From Helicobacteraceae bacterium (GTDB lineage Bacteria > Campylobacterota > Campylobacteria > Campylobacterales > SZUA-545), in the NCBI GenBank assembly GCA_031286325.1, contig JAITUT010000044.1, forward strand, positions 27-64,026: a DNA stretch of 64,000 nucleotides. The letters are read 5' to 3'. The translations under genes and the position numbers were made by a program. Position 1 is the stretch's first letter; each line of letters begins with the position of its first letter. The notes beneath the pieces were generated by a model. That model was not told where the DNA came from. It saw only the letters and a list, made by a program, of their open reading frames with translations, and did not search any database. This document shows positions 9,226-19,408 of the stretch, piece after piece.

Positions 9226-11793
9226 ATGGTTTTAACGGAAAGACTCACAAACCAAATGCGCGAAACTCTAGAAAGCGCGATTTCGCTCGCGCTTTTCGCA
9301 AAAAATCCCGAAGCGACCAGTTTGCACGTTCTTTGGGCGCAAATTACGCAGACAAACTCGGCGTTTAGGCAAGCGTTAAACCGCTTAAACATTAACGCGG
9401 CGGCGATTGAGTTAGAGATCAAATCGGCGGTAGAAAAATTGCCCAAAGCAAGCCAAGTCGCGAAAGAAAACATCAAAATTTCGCGCGATCTGCGCGATTC
9501 GTTAATGGCGGCGGAGGCGCGCTCAAAAGCGATAGGCGATGAATTTATCGCGGTTGATACATATTTGATCGCGAATTTAGATCGCTTTAAGGCGGTTTTG
9601 CAAAATCATCTTGATTTAAGCGAGTTAAAGAAAACGTTTGAAGCGGCGCGCGGCGGCAAAAAAGCCGATCGCCAAAACGCGGAAGATACCGCTGGCGCGT
9701 TGCAAAAATACGGCGCGGATTTGACGGCGAAAGCGCGCGATGGCAAACTTGATCCCGTGATCGGGCGCGATGAGGAGATCGCGCGAATGATGCAAATTTT
9801 GTTGCGCAAAACCAAAAATAACCCTATTTTGCTGGGCGATCCGGGCGTGGGCAAAACGGCGATCGTAGAGGCTTTAGCCGATCGTATCGCGCGAAAAGAC
9901 GTACCCGCGAGCCTTGCGAATATGAAAGTGATCGCGCTTGATATGGGCGCTTTGATCGCGGGGGCGAAGTATCGCGGCGAGTTTGAGGAGCGACTCAAAG
10001 CCGTGATCGACGAGGTCAAGAGCGATGACGCCGCGATCCTGTTTATAGACGAAATCCACACGATCATCGGCGCGGGGGCGAGCGAGGGCAGTATGGACGC
10101 GGCGAATCTTTTGAAGCCTTCGCTGGCGCGGGGCGAGTTGCGTTGCATTGGCGCGACCACCCTCAAAGAATACCGCAAATATTTTGAAAAAGACGCGGCG
10201 ATGCAGCGACGTTTTCAGCCTGTTTCTATCGGCGAGCCCAGCGCGGCGGAGGCGATCGCGATTATGCGCGGGCTTAAAGAACGCCTTGAAACGCACCATA
10301 ACGTAACGATTGAGGATAGCGCGTTAACGGCGGCGGCGCGGCTTAGCGATCGCTACATTAACGACAGATTTTTGCCGGATAAGGCGATCGATTTAATTGA
10401 CGAAGCGGCGAGCGAACTGAAAATGCAAATTGAGAGTCTGCCCGCGGGTTTGGATCGCGCGAAGCGTGAAATTTCGCGGCTGAAAGTGGAGTTAGAGGCG
10501 CTCAAAATGGAGAAGGGCGACAAAAACAAGGCGCGAATTGACGAGATCGTAAGAGAGCTCGCGAACGCGACCGAGTTAAAACGCGAGTTAGAGGCGCGCT
10601 TTGAGAACGAAAAAGCCGTTTTCAACAAAATTTCGGAGTTAAAGGCGGAGGAAGAGTCGAAAAAGCGCGAGGCGGAGATCGCCAAACGAGACGGCGATTA
10701 CAGCAAAGCGGCGGAGCTCGAATACGGGAAAATTCCTGAGATAAAAAAACAAATCGCCGAGCAAAACGACCGCTGGCAAGCGATGCAAGAGGCGGGAACG
10801 CTCCTTAAAAACAGCGTTGACGAGGAGGCGATCGCGGCGATCGTATCGAAATGGACAAACATTCCCGTAAAAAAAATGCTACAGACCGAGCGCGATAAAG
10901 TTTTGAATATAGAAGAGGAGTTGTCGCGATCTGTGATCGGGCAAAAAGAGGCGATTAAGGCGATCGGCAATGTGATTAAGCGCAGCAAAGCGGGGCTTGC
11001 GAACACAAATCGCCCGCTTGGGAGTTTTCTCTTTTTGGGCGCGACCGGCGTGGGCAAGACCGAAACGGCGAAGACGCTTTCGCGCTTTTTGTTTGACAGC
11101 GATCGCGCGATGATACGGCTCGATATGAGCGAATATATGGAGAAGCACTCCGTTTCGCGGCTTGTGGGAGCGCCGCCCGGATATGTCGGCTACGAAGAGG
11201 GCGGACAACTCACCGAAGCGGTGCGCAGGAAGCCTTACAGCGTGATTTTGCTGGACGAAATCGAAAAGGCGCACCCCGATACATTTAATTTGCTTTTGCA
11301 AGTTCTAGACGAGGCGCGGCTGACGGATAACAAAGGCGTGGTCGTGGATTTTAAGAATACGATCTTGATTTTGACCTCAAATTTGGCGAGCCGCGAAATA
11401 ATGGAGATCAAAGATAAAAAGGCGCGCGAAGAGGCGGTGTGGGCGGCTTTGCGCGCGCACTTCCGCCCCGAATTTCTAAACCGCCTCGATGAGATTGTGA
11501 TCTTTGAGCCGCTGGGATTTGAGGAGATTGAGAAGATCGTAGAAAAATTGATCGAGGATTTGCAAAAGCGGCTAGAGCCGCAAGAGATCGCGCTGGAATT
11601 TACAAGCGAGGCGAAACGGCTCATCGCGGAGAGCGGATTTGATCCTGACTTCGGCGCGCGCCCGCTATCTCGCGCGTTAAATCGCCTCGCGGAAGACAAG
11701 TTAAGCGAATTGATTTTAAGCGGCAAAACCCGCGCTGGATCGCTGGTGCGATTTGACGCGGAAAACGGCGAGATCACAGCGGCGGTTGTTTAG
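9226..11793 (+). CDS. clpB: ATP-dependent chaperone ClpB
   Basis: 855 aa with two AAA+ modules ([16 protein letters not shown]) and a middle coiled-coil domain. Confidence 0.95.
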   Translation: MVLTERLTNQMRETLESAISLALFAKNPEATSLHVLWAQITQTNSAFRQALNRLNINAAAIELEIKSAVEKLPKASQVAKENIKISRDLRDSLMAAEARSKAIGDEFIAVDTYLIANLDRFKAVLQNHLDLSELKKTFEAARGGKKADRQNAEDTAGALQKYGADLTAKARDGKLDPVIGRDEEIARMMQILLRKTKNNPILLGDPGVGKTAIVEALADRIARKDVPASLANMKVIALDMGALIAGAKYRGEFEERLKAVIDEVKSDDAAILFIDEIHTIIGAGASEGSMDAANLLKPSLARGELRCIGATTLKEYRKYFEKDAAMQRRFQPVSIGEPSAAEAIAIMRGLKERLETHHNVTIEDSALTAAARLSDRYINDRFLPDKAIDLIDEAASELKMQIESLPAGLDRAKREISRLKVELEALKMEKGDKNKARIDEIVRELANATELKRELEARFENEKAVFNKISELKAEEESKKREAEIAKRDGDYSKAAELEYGKIPEIKKQIAEQNDRWQAMQEAGTLLKNSVDEEAIAAIVSKWTNIPVKKMLQTERDKVLNIEEELSRSVIGQKEAIKAIGNVIKRSKAGLANTNRPLGSFLFLGATGVGKTETAKTLSRFLFDSDRAMIRLDMSEYMEKHSVSRLVGAPPGYVGYEEGGQLTEAVRRKPYSVILLDEIEKAHPDTFNLLLQVLDEARLTDNKGVVVDFKNTILILTSNLASREIMEIKDKKAREEAVWAALRAHFRPEFLNRLDEIVIFEPLGFEEIEKIVEKLIEDLQKRLEPQEIALEFTSEAKRLIAESGFDPDFGARPLSRALNRLAEDKLSELILSGKTRAGSLVRFDAENGEITAAVV

Positions 11794-12045
11794 TTTGGCT
11801 AGAACGCGCTTAAGCGAACTGCCGCGCAAAGAGATCGCCGCCAAAGTAGAATTTATCAAAACAAAACGCTACCGTCCGTTTCTTAGCAAATTGTATAACC
11901 GCGAAAATTTACGGAAGTTAATACGCGTTCATATTTAACGATTTGAGCGTTAAAAAATTAAGCGATCGCGCGCAAAAAAATATAAAAAGATTGATGTTTA
12001 ACGCGCCGAGTTAAAAGCGCGCGAAATAAAATCATAAATACTTTT

Positions 12046-12576
12046 ATGCCATCATTACGCAAAAAAATAGGGGCGAAAGTGCGGCAGATAGTAGCGACTA
12101 TCTTTTTTACGATCGCGCTAGTCGGCGCGGCGGCGTGGTTCGCGTGGAAGATCACACGCGCGGATACGGGCTACGACGAAACCCACGCAATTATAGACAC
12201 CAGCCGCATCGAGCAGATAGGCGAGGCGATCAAAACGCCGCGCGCTTCCGATTGGACGGAGCAAATGGCGCATAGAGAAAAGTTGCCGCGCTTGCCAGCC
12301 GACGAGAGCGCGGTAGGCATTGACCTAGTCGATCCGAAATTTCGCGAAAATATCACATTGGTTTTGCGGCTGAATAGCCCCGATATTTACGAAAAGCAGT
12401 GCGCGGAAGCGTTCTTCGCGGCGCGCGCCGTGGGGTACAAAATTGAGGACGGCGACTTTTACGAAATCGCGCTGACAGACAAAGACCCCGACGCCGCGCT
12501 AGAACTTCTCCGCGCCCTCGCCACATACGATCTTAACGCGCAAGCGGTCGTCCGCCGCACCCCCAAGCCCTATTAA
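12046..12576 (+). CDS. hypothetical membrane-anchored protein
   Basis: 176 aa with an N-terminal TM segment (IVATIFFTIALVGAAAWFAW). Confidence 0.5.
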   Translation: MPSLRKKIGAKVRQIVATIFFTIALVGAAAWFAWKITRADTGYDETHAIIDTSRIEQIGEAIKTPRASDWTEQMAHREKLPRLPADESAVGIDLVDPKFRENITLVLRLNSPDIYEKQCAEAFFAARAVGYKIEDGDFYEIALTDKDPDAALELLRALATYDLNAQAVVRRTPKPY

Positions 12577-12584
12577 GGAAAAGT

Positions 12585-13616
12585 ATGACGAACGAAGTGT
12601 TGGCGAGGGTTGAAGCCGCGATCTTTGCTATCAAAGCCGGCAAAATGGTGATAATGATAGACGACGAAGATCGTGAAAACGAGGGCGATTTAGTCTATGC
12701 CGCCGCGCTTTCCACGCCGCAAATGGTGAATTTTATGGTTAGCGAAGCGCGAGGATTGGTCTGCGTGGCGTTAGAAAAACGCGCCGCAGAGCGGCTTGAG
12801 CTCTCGCCGATGGTAGCAAAAAACACAAGCGGACACGAGACGGCGTTCACAATCAGCGTAGACGCCGCGTCCGCTACTACTGGCATTTCGGCGCGCGAGC
12901 GGCACGACACGATCGCTTTGCTTGCGCAAGAAACGAGCCGCGCGGAGGATTTCGCCAGACCTGGGCACATATTTCCGCTGATCGCCAAAGAGGGCGGCGT
13001 GCTGGCGCGGATCGGGCACACGGAGGGGGCGGTGGATATTTGCCGCTTAGCGGGAGTCGCGCCGCGCGGCGTCATCTGCGAAATAATGAACGCGGACGGC
13101 ACAATGTCTAGGCGCGCCGATCTTGACAAATTCGCCGAAAAACACAATTTGCCGATCGTATATATCGCGGATTTGATCGAGTATCGTTTGCTGAAAGAAC
13201 GCCTTGTGGAGCGAGTGGGATCGCGGCGCGATCGTTTGTTTGACTCCGATGTCGAGGTCTTAGAGTGGCGCGATCATTTAGGGTTAATCCACCGCGCGAT
13301 CGTATTCGGCGAAATCGGCGCGGGCGAGACGCAAGTCAAATTCTACGCCGCTGGAGATTCCGCCGAGTTGCTATTAAACGATCGCGCTTTCGGCGGGCTT
13401 TTACGCGCAATAGAGCGGCTTAAATCGGGCGGCGGCGTTTTGCTCCTGATCGCGCGCGGCGCGGCAAAGGGCGCGGCGAAAGAGATCGGAATCGGCGCGC
13501 AAATCCTAGCCGCGATCGGCGCGCGCAAGATCGCGCTGCTCGCGACTCGCGAATTTGACCCGCCGCCCTCGCTCGCGGCGTTCGGGCTGGAAGTGGCGCG
13601 GGTGGAGTTGCTATGA
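12585..13616 (+). CDS. ribB: 3,4-dihydroxy-2-butanone-4-phosphate synthase with a GTP-cyclohydrolase-II-like C-terminal domain (RibBA-type)
   Basis: 343 aa. It has the DHBP synthase motif DDEDRENEGDLVYAA and GHTEG. Confidence 0.85.
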   Translation: MTNEVLARVEAAIFAIKAGKMVIMIDDEDRENEGDLVYAAALSTPQMVNFMVSEARGLVCVALEKRAAERLELSPMVAKNTSGHETAFTISVDAASATTGISARERHDTIALLAQETSRAEDFARPGHIFPLIAKEGGVLARIGHTEGAVDICRLAGVAPRGVICEIMNADGTMSRRADLDKFAEKHNLPIVYIADLIEYRLLKERLVERVGSRRDRLFDSDVEVLEWRDHLGLIHRAIVFGEIGAGETQVKFYAAGDSAELLLNDRAFGGLLRAIERLKSGGGVLLLIARGAAKGAAKEIGIGAQILAAIGARKIALLATREFDPPPSLAAFGLEVARVELL

Positions 13617-13990
13617 AACTGCGCGTTTATTACGAGGACACTGATTCGCTTGGAATGGTCTATCACGCGAACTATTTGAAGTTTATTGAGCGCGCGCGAA
13701 GCGAGGCGTTTTTCGCGTTGGCCAAGTCGCCTGAGGGCGCGAACTTTTATTTTGTCGTGCGATCTATGAACTTGAAATTTGCACGGAGCGCGAAATTAGG
13801 CGATCTTTTGGAAACGCGATCGCGCTTAATAGAGATGCGATCCGCAAGTTTTTCGCTCGCGCAGGAGATTTTTTTGGGCGAAACTTTAATTTTTTCCGCG
13901 ATCGTAGAATTGGCGCACATTAAAAACGGCAAACCCGCCGCGATCGCGCCCGAAACCAAAGAGCGTTTGAGCGCGGTCTTCGGCGAGTAA
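13613..13990 (+). CDS. ybgC: YbgC/4HBT-family acyl-CoA thioesterase
   Basis: 125 aa. N-terminus RVYYEDTDSLGMVYHANYLKFIERAR. Its ATG overlaps the ribB stop. Confidence 0.8.
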   Translation: MKLRVYYEDTDSLGMVYHANYLKFIERARSEAFFALAKSPEGANFYFVVRSMNLKFARSAKLGDLLETRSRLIEMRSASFSLAQEIFLGETLIFSAIVELAHIKNGKPAAIAPETKERLSAVFGE

Positions 13991-14039
13991 GAGATAAGCG
14001 ATTTACTCCCGATCGCGCACTCTCGTCGCGAGTATTGAG

Positions 14040-14260
14040 CGGTAGTGAAACGCTTGTAATGACAAGAAAAGGCGCGATCGCAATGATAAAGTCGGGCGCG
14101 TTAAGACGCGCGAAATTCACATAAAACCTATTATTCCAGCCGCGATCGCCGCAAGCGTATATGTAGGGGCGAACTGCGTTCGCCCGATTCCGCAACGGGC
14201 TAAAATCGCGGCTTTTGATCGCGGAGTGAAAAGGTAATTACGATTTTCGTGAGTTTCTAA
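14040..14260. repeat. mosaic intergenic repeat block A (contains a GTAG-headed palindrome at 14163..14185)
   Basis: GTAG GGGCGAAC tgc GTTCGCCC is present. Flanking modules (ggaatcgggcgaac, atatacgc, acgaaaatcg.aattac, tcattRcaagcg) recur at 15480-15800, 35961-36490 and 40380-40764. Confidence 0.7.
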
Positions 14261-14439
14261 AGAGCAAAGAAGCGTCAATGCTAAAAGCTGGTTAAAGTAT
14301 TGGCGGCGGTAACAATTGCGGCAAAACAGGATTCAAATTCACATTTACATAACGCCGCGCCGATTTTTTTGTAAATCTAATAGTGCGCGTTTGTTTTTCT
14401 AATAAGCGCGAAGATCGGCAGTTAATTTAATGGAAATTT

Positions 14440-14448
14440 TGGTATAAT
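14440..14448 (+). promoter_or_regulatory. extended -10 promoter element (TGnTATAAT)
   Basis: tGGTATAAT, with TATAAT at 14443-14448. It lies upstream of the pentanucleotide repeat and the OMP gene. Confidence 0.4.
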
Positions 14449-14485
14449 AAGCGTTTAAATTTTAATGTTAGGTTTTAGTATGTTA

Positions 14486-14520
14486 AGCACAGCACAGCAC
14501 AGCACAGCACAGCACAGCAC
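14486..14520. repeat. pentanucleotide microsatellite (AGCAC)x7
   Basis: Seven perfect tandem AGCAC units, counted directly. Confidence 0.95.
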
Positions 14521-14571
14521 GACGCGCTAGCCGTTCTTTACGCTCTCGAATTTTTCTCTCTTCAATTCAAT

Positions 14572-14595
14572 CTCATATAAGGAGTCTTATATGAG
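14572..14595. promoter_or_regulatory. perfect 10-bp inverted repeat (possible operator or RNA hairpin)
   Basis: CTCATATAAG gagt CTTATATGAG. It lies about 100 nt upstream of the OMP start codon and has no T-run after it. Confidence 0.5.
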
Positions 14596-14692
14596 ATAAC
14601 TTCAAACCAGACCATGTCGTTTTGTTTAAGTTTCCAAGTTTTGCGAAAGCAAGCGTTCGCCGTTTGGCGATGATTTTTGAAAGGATAAAAAA

Positions 14693-15455
14693 ATGAAAAA
14701 GTTGTTGGCAGTAGTTTTTAGCGATGTTTTTCGCTAGCGGGGCTTTATTGGCTGATGATTGGCAAGCTGATAATTTTCGTAAATGGCTTGATGGGTGGCA
14801 AGTAAGCGTGGGGGTACATATGAGTAAATTCAAAGGTAGCGCCCCGGGTCTTAGCGAATCGCGTTTTAGCGAATCCTCTAACTTTTCGAAAAATAATACG
14901 CTCTTCTCGCTAGCGATTAGCAAAGAGATTATGAAAAGCGACAGCGGCGACTTGCTTTTGGAGCTTTCGTTGATAAACTCAGAACAGTATAAGGAGAGCG
15001 GGGATGGATATGACAATACCGTGTGCTATGGATATAGCATCTGCTACACAGAGACATACGAGGAAAAACTTGAATTTACGAGGAAACCAGCGTTTTTCGC
15101 CAGTTTGTATTATCAATTTAATACACCGGTTGTGGGACTCAAGCCATACGTAGGCGCAGGGCTGGGAACGGCGTCCCTTGAACGCAAATATACCGAAACT
15201 TACACTTTTTGCGTAGACTACAACGTCTTTGATTCGAATTACTGCGACGAAGAGAGCGAAAGTAATAGCGATATTGCTTCCAAAACCGTGATCGCCTATC
15301 AGTTGGCGCTCGGCGCGAACTATTTTTTTAACAAAAATATCGCCGCCGGATTAGGTTACGCCTATCGCAACTACGGCTCGCTTAAAGACAAAGACCTTGG
15401 CTCAATCAAAATGGATTCGAGCGGGCTTTTTGCTTCGGCGACATATAAGTTTTGA
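14693..15455 (+). pseudogene. outer-membrane beta-barrel protein gene with its signal peptide out of frame (frameshift between 14693 and 14724)
   Basis: An AAGGA RBS precedes ATG 14693, which encodes MKKLLAVVF and stops at 14735. The main ORF 14724..15455 is in the +1 frame and ends ...SATYKF, a C-terminal Phe typical of OMPs. Removing one T from the T5 run at 14715-14719 gives MKKLLAVVLAMFFASGALLA/DDW. Confidence 0.7.
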
Positions 15456-15479
15456 TCGAAACGCGGCGTAACGTCGGCT

Positions 15480-15800
15480 TATCAAAAGCAAAGCATTTAA
15501 GAGTTGCGAAGCCCAAACGAAACCTATTGTTCCCGTTGCGTTAAGCGCAACGGGCGCAAATTACCCATCAATGCCGAACCGCGATTTTCGTAGGTTTCCA
15601 AATAAATAACTAGCTGACGTTATATTGCGATCAGGCGAACACAGTTCGCCCCTACGGTTCGCCCAATTCCGCGAGGGGCGAAGTCCATTGTCGCAAGCGG
15701 GAGCTTTGCTCCCGTGAGGAGTAAAACGAGCAGGACTAAGCTTTGCTTGTCCGCGAAGTTAAACAAGCAAGCCGCGAGAAGTTAAACACGACTAAAGTTA
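15480..15800. repeat. mosaic intergenic repeat block B (palindrome at 15634..15655, opposite orientation)
   Basis: GGCGAAC aca GTTCGCC CCTAC is present. It also has the hairpin CCCGTTGCG ttaag CGCAACGGG and modules shared with blocks A, C and D. Confidence 0.75.
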
Positions 15801-16349
15801 TTAACGCGGACAACCGCAGTCGTGAGCTGGGTCGCGCTCGTGTTCGCCGCAACAACTTCCATCTTCTCCGCAACCGCCGCACGAACGCGCAAGCGATCCG
15901 CGTTCGATTTCTTCCGTCGTAGCCTCGCGCAGAGCCAAAATTTTCAGGTAAAACTTCAAATCCTTACCCGCCAAAGGATGGTTATAGTCGATCGTTACAT
16001 TAGAATCGTCAAACTCTTTAACCACAACTTGCACGGTTTGTCCCGTCTCCGCTTGCCCGTAAAGCGTCATTCCAACTTGCAAATCAATGCCGGCAAACTG
16101 CTCGCGTTCCACCCGCTCGGTCATTTCTGCGCGGTATTCGCCGTAAGCTTTCGCCGCCGGCACGACCACATTCAGCGATTCGCCCGCCGAAAGCGACGCG
16201 ATTGCCTCCTCCAAACCCTGTATGATATGCCCGTAGCCCATCATAAATTCAAGCGGCTCGCGCCCAATGTTGCTGTCTATCATAGCGTCTGTCGCCGCCT
16301 CTTTAACTTCGTATTCTATACTTACAACTTGATTTTTAGCTATTGCCAT
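15801..16349 (-). CDS. slyD: FKBP-type peptidyl-prolyl isomerase SlyD with a Cys/His-rich metal-binding tail
   Basis: The start MAIAKNQVVSIEYEV follows an AAGGA RBS. There is an IF-domain insert. The C-terminal tail is CGGCGEDGSCCGEHERDPAHDCGC. Confidence 0.85.
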   Translation of the reverse strand: MAIAKNQVVSIEYEVKEAATDAMIDSNIGREPLEFMMGYGHIIQGLEEAIASLSAGESLNVVVPAAKAYGEYRAEMTERVEREQFAGIDLQVGMTLYGQAETGQTVQVVVKEFDDSNVTIDYNHPLAGKDLKFYLKILALREATTEEIERGSLARSCGGCGEDGSCCGEHERDPAHDCGCPR

Positions 16350-16395
16350 TTGCAATCCTTTCAAAAAGCGGCGTATTTTAGCACAAGGGTGTTTT

Positions 16396-17481
16396 ATGAC
16401 AAATGATGAGCTTTCCCGTTACAGTCGCCACATTTTGCTTCCAGAAATCGGCGCGGCGGGGCAAGAGAAACTTAAAGCCGCGCGCGTTTTGGTCGTGGGA
16501 ATGGGCGGGCTCGGCGCGCCGATCTCGCTATATCTCGCGGCGGCGGGCGTGGGCGAAATAGGAATAGTGGATTTTGACAGCGTTGAGGAGAGCAACTTGC
16601 AACGGCAAGCGATCCATTCTACAAAGACGATCGGAGCGGCGAAGGTTGATAGCGCGAAAGAGCGTTTACAGGCTATCAACCCGCTTATTACGATCACGGC
16701 TTACCGCGAGCGGCTCACGGCGGCGAACGCGCTCTTGATCATCAAAAATTACGATATTGTCGCGGACGCTACGGATAATTACGCGGCGCGATATTTGCTG
16801 AACGACTCGTGCGTTTTCTTGAACAAGCCGCTCGTCTACGGCTCAATTTTCCGCTTTGACGCTCAGATCGCGGTCTTCAAACCGCGTGAAAGCGGCTGCT
16901 ATCGTTGTTTGTTTCCCGCGCCGCCGCCGCCGTATTTAGCTCCTTCGTGCGCGGAGGGCGGCGTGCTGGGCGCGTTGCCCGGCGCGGTGGGCGCGTTGCA
17001 AGCGGGCGAAGTAATCAAGCTAATTGTAGGCGCGGAGGGCGTTTTGGCGGGACGTTTGACGCTTTTAGATATGTGGCGCGGCAAATTTCGCGAAGTCAAA
17101 TTCAGCCGCGATTTGGAATGTCCCGTCTGCGGCGAAAACCCTACGATCACAGCTTTGATAGACTACGAAAATTTTTGCGGGTTAAAGGGCGGCGGCATTA
17201 ACCTAGTTAAGCCCGCCGATCTAGAATCGCGCGTGGCAAACGGCGCGGCGCTCGTTGACGTGCGCGAAAAAGTCGAGGTAGAGATCGCGGCGTTAGACGG
17301 CGCGATCAACATTCCTATTAGCGAATTCGCAAGCCGCCTCGCCGAAATTCCGCTGGGTCGCGAAGTGATTTTCGCCTGCCGCAGCGGGATCAGAAGCGAG
17401 CGGGCGATCTTGACGCTGCAAGACGCGGGAATTTTGGGCGATTTTTGGAGTTTAGAGGGCGGATTGGACGCGAGGAAATGA
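16396..17481 (+). CDS. moeB: MoeB/ThiF-family adenylyltransferase fused to a C-terminal rhodanese domain (MoeZ-like)
   Basis: 361 aa. It has RYSRHILLPEIG, the GMGGLG nucleotide loop, two CxxC pairs (CYRC, CPVC), and the rhodanese active-site context FACRSGIRS. Confidence 0.85.
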   Translation: MTNDELSRYSRHILLPEIGAAGQEKLKAARVLVVGMGGLGAPISLYLAAAGVGEIGIVDFDSVEESNLQRQAIHSTKTIGAAKVDSAKERLQAINPLITITAYRERLTAANALLIIKNYDIVADATDNYAARYLLNDSCVFLNKPLVYGSIFRFDAQIAVFKPRESGCYRCLFPAPPPPYLAPSCAEGGVLGALPGAVGALQAGEVIKLIVGAEGVLAGRLTLLDMWRGKFREVKFSRDLECPVCGENPTITALIDYENFCGLKGGGINLVKPADLESRVANGAALVDVREKVEVEIAALDGAINIPISEFASRLAEIPLGREVIFACRSGIRSERAILTLQDAGILGDFWSLEGGLDARK

Positions 17482-18869
17482 AGAGAAAATTGTTGGAAGA
17501 GATGAACTTTCACCCCGTTTTGGAGGCGTACGAGGGGGTTGCGCAGCCATGCGAAGGGATCAAAACCGCGCGTGAAACTTTCGCGACAAGCGAGGCGGCG
17601 GACGTTAAAACGACGGATTTTGACGGATCGCGAGCGGCGGACGTGATCGGCGATCGCTCGGTCGCGGATATACGAGCCGATTTCCCGATTTTTGCGGCGG
17701 GCGATCCTGAAAATCCCGCGCGAAAAACGATCTGGCTCGACAACGCCTCCACCACGCAAAAACCGCGATCGGTGATAGACCGCGAGGCGAATTTTTACGC
17801 CCGCGAAAACTCAAATGTTAAGCGCGGCGCGTATCGTTTGGCGTCAAACGCCGACAAACTTTACGAAGACGCGAGAAGCTCGGTTGCGCGCTTTATCGGC
17901 GCGAAGCCGCAGAATTTGATCTTTACGCGCGGCGCGACAGAGGGGATAAACCTCGCGGCGCAGGCGACTCTGCGCCCGCTGATAAAGCGCGGCGACGAGA
18001 TTATCGTTACGATTTTAGAGCACCACGCGAACATCGTGCCATATCAAATGATCGCCGCCGAAAAGGGCGCGATTTTGCGGGTCGCGCCTGTTAGATCAGA
18101 CGGGCAAATCGATCTGGCGAAATACAAAAAACTCTTTTCGCCGCGCGCGAAATTTGCCGCGATCGCGCATATTTCAAACGCGCTCGGCACGATCTTGCCG
18201 ATCGCCGAAATGGCGGAGATCGCAAGGCTTTGCGGCGCGAAAGTCCTGATTGACGCGGCGCAGTCAATCTCGCACATTCCGATTGATGTTCGTAAAATCG
18301 GCGCGGATATTCTTGTGTTTTCGGGACACAAGGTTTATGCGCCCTTTGGAATCGGGGCGTTATGGGCGAACGACGAGACGCTAGAACTCGCGAAGCCCTA
18401 TCACGGCGGCGGAAATATGATCGCCGATGTAACTTTCACGAAAACGCTTTACCAAAAAGCGCCAAATAAATTTGAGGCTGGCACGCCAAATATCGCCGGC
18501 GCGATCGCGCTTGCCGCCGCCCTCGAATATATCGGCGTGATCGGAATGAAAAATATCGCGCGTTACGAAAGCGACTTAACGCGCTTTGCGATTAGCGAGC
18601 TTTCAAAAATTGACGGGTTGCGGATTATCGGCAACGCCTCTGATCGCGCGGGGGCGATTAGTTTTGTGATGGAGCGATTTTCAATAGAAGAGATCGCGGG
18701 GTTTTTGAACGAGCGCGATATTTGCCTCCGCGCGGGACACCACTGCGCCCAGCCGATTTTGCGCTTTTTCGGGCTTGAAGCCACCCTGCGCGCCTCGCTT
18801 GGGCTTTATAACACCGTCTCTGAAATTGAAGCTCTAGCGAGCGCTCTGCGCGATTTAGCAAAAAATTAG
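17478..18869 (+). CDS. cysteine desulfurase (SufS/CsdA class) with an N-terminal extension of about 65 aa
   Basis: LDNASTTQKP, SGHKVYAP (PLP lysine) and RAGHHCAQP (catalytic Cys) are present. ATG 17478 overlaps the moeB stop (ATGA). Confidence 0.85.
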   Translation: MKRKLLEEMNFHPVLEAYEGVAQPCEGIKTARETFATSEAADVKTTDFDGSRAADVIGDRSVADIRADFPIFAAGDPENPARKTIWLDNASTTQKPRSVIDREANFYARENSNVKRGAYRLASNADKLYEDARSSVARFIGAKPQNLIFTRGATEGINLAAQATLRPLIKRGDEIIVTILEHHANIVPYQMIAAEKGAILRVAPVRSDGQIDLAKYKKLFSPRAKFAAIAHISNALGTILPIAEMAEIARLCGAKVLIDAAQSISHIPIDVRKIGADILVFSGHKVYAPFGIGALWANDETLELAKPYHGGGNMIADVTFTKTLYQKAPNKFEAGTPNIAGAIALAAALEYIGVIGMKNIARYESDLTRFAISELSKIDGLRIIGNASDRAGAISFVMERFSIEEIAGFLNERDICLRAGHHCAQPILRFFGLEATLRASLGLYNTVSEIEALASALRDLAKN

Positions 18870-18907
18870 TCGCTTTTTGTCAAAATAAAAACTTACAAGG
18901 AGAGACT

Positions 18908-19408
18908 ATGCAAGAAATTTTTGCGAGATTCAGCGCGAGGACATTCAAAGACGCGAGCGTTGAGGCGGCGAAAGTAGAGCGTCTTTTGCGCGCCGCGATG
19001 CAAGCGCCGAGCGCGGGAAACCAGCAACCTTGGGAGTTTCTGGTGATCGCCGACAAAACTTCGCGCGAAAAAGTCGCCGAGCTTTGTCCGCACAGCAAGC
19101 CTTTAATTAACGCTCCGCTTGGAATTATGACGCTTCTTAACACGCAGAACGGCAAGTGGCCCGAGTGTTACCAGCAGGATTTGAGCGCGGCGAGCCAGAA
19201 CATTTTGCTTGAGGCTGTGCATTTGGGTTTGGCGGGCGTGTGGCTGGCGATAATGCCGTTTGAGGATCGTATGCGCGCCGTGAAAGAATACTTTAAGTTG
19301 CCGCCGCACATTGAGCCATTCGCGACAATGGCGATCGGATACGCCGCCGATCCTAAAACTCCGGCGCCGCGCTACGATCAAGCCAAAGTGCATTATGAAA
19401 AATATTGA
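18908..19408 (+). CDS. nitroreductase family protein
   Basis: 166 aa with RFSARTFKD...APSAGNQQPWEF. Confidence 0.8.
   Translation: MQEIFARFSARTFKDASVEAAKVERLLRAAMQAPSAGNQQPWEFLVIADKTSREKVAELCPHSKPLINAPLGIMTLLNTQNGKWPECYQQDLSAASQNILLEAVHLGLAGVWLAIMPFEDRMRAVKEYFKLPPHIEPFATMAIGYAADPKTPAPRYDQAKVHYEKY

Noticed and set aside
13920-14195. ORFs running through the repeat blocks: 13920..14195 (-), 36399..36704 (-), 40455..40646 (-) and 40516..40800 (+)
   Set aside because: They are open by chance across palindromic repeat DNA. The same sequence occurs in both orientations at other loci, which is incompatible with a conserved protein.
14465-14614. 49-codon leader ORF containing the (AGCAC)x7 tract
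   Set aside because: I see no RBS and it is too short to support as a gene. It is mentioned only as context for the repeat.
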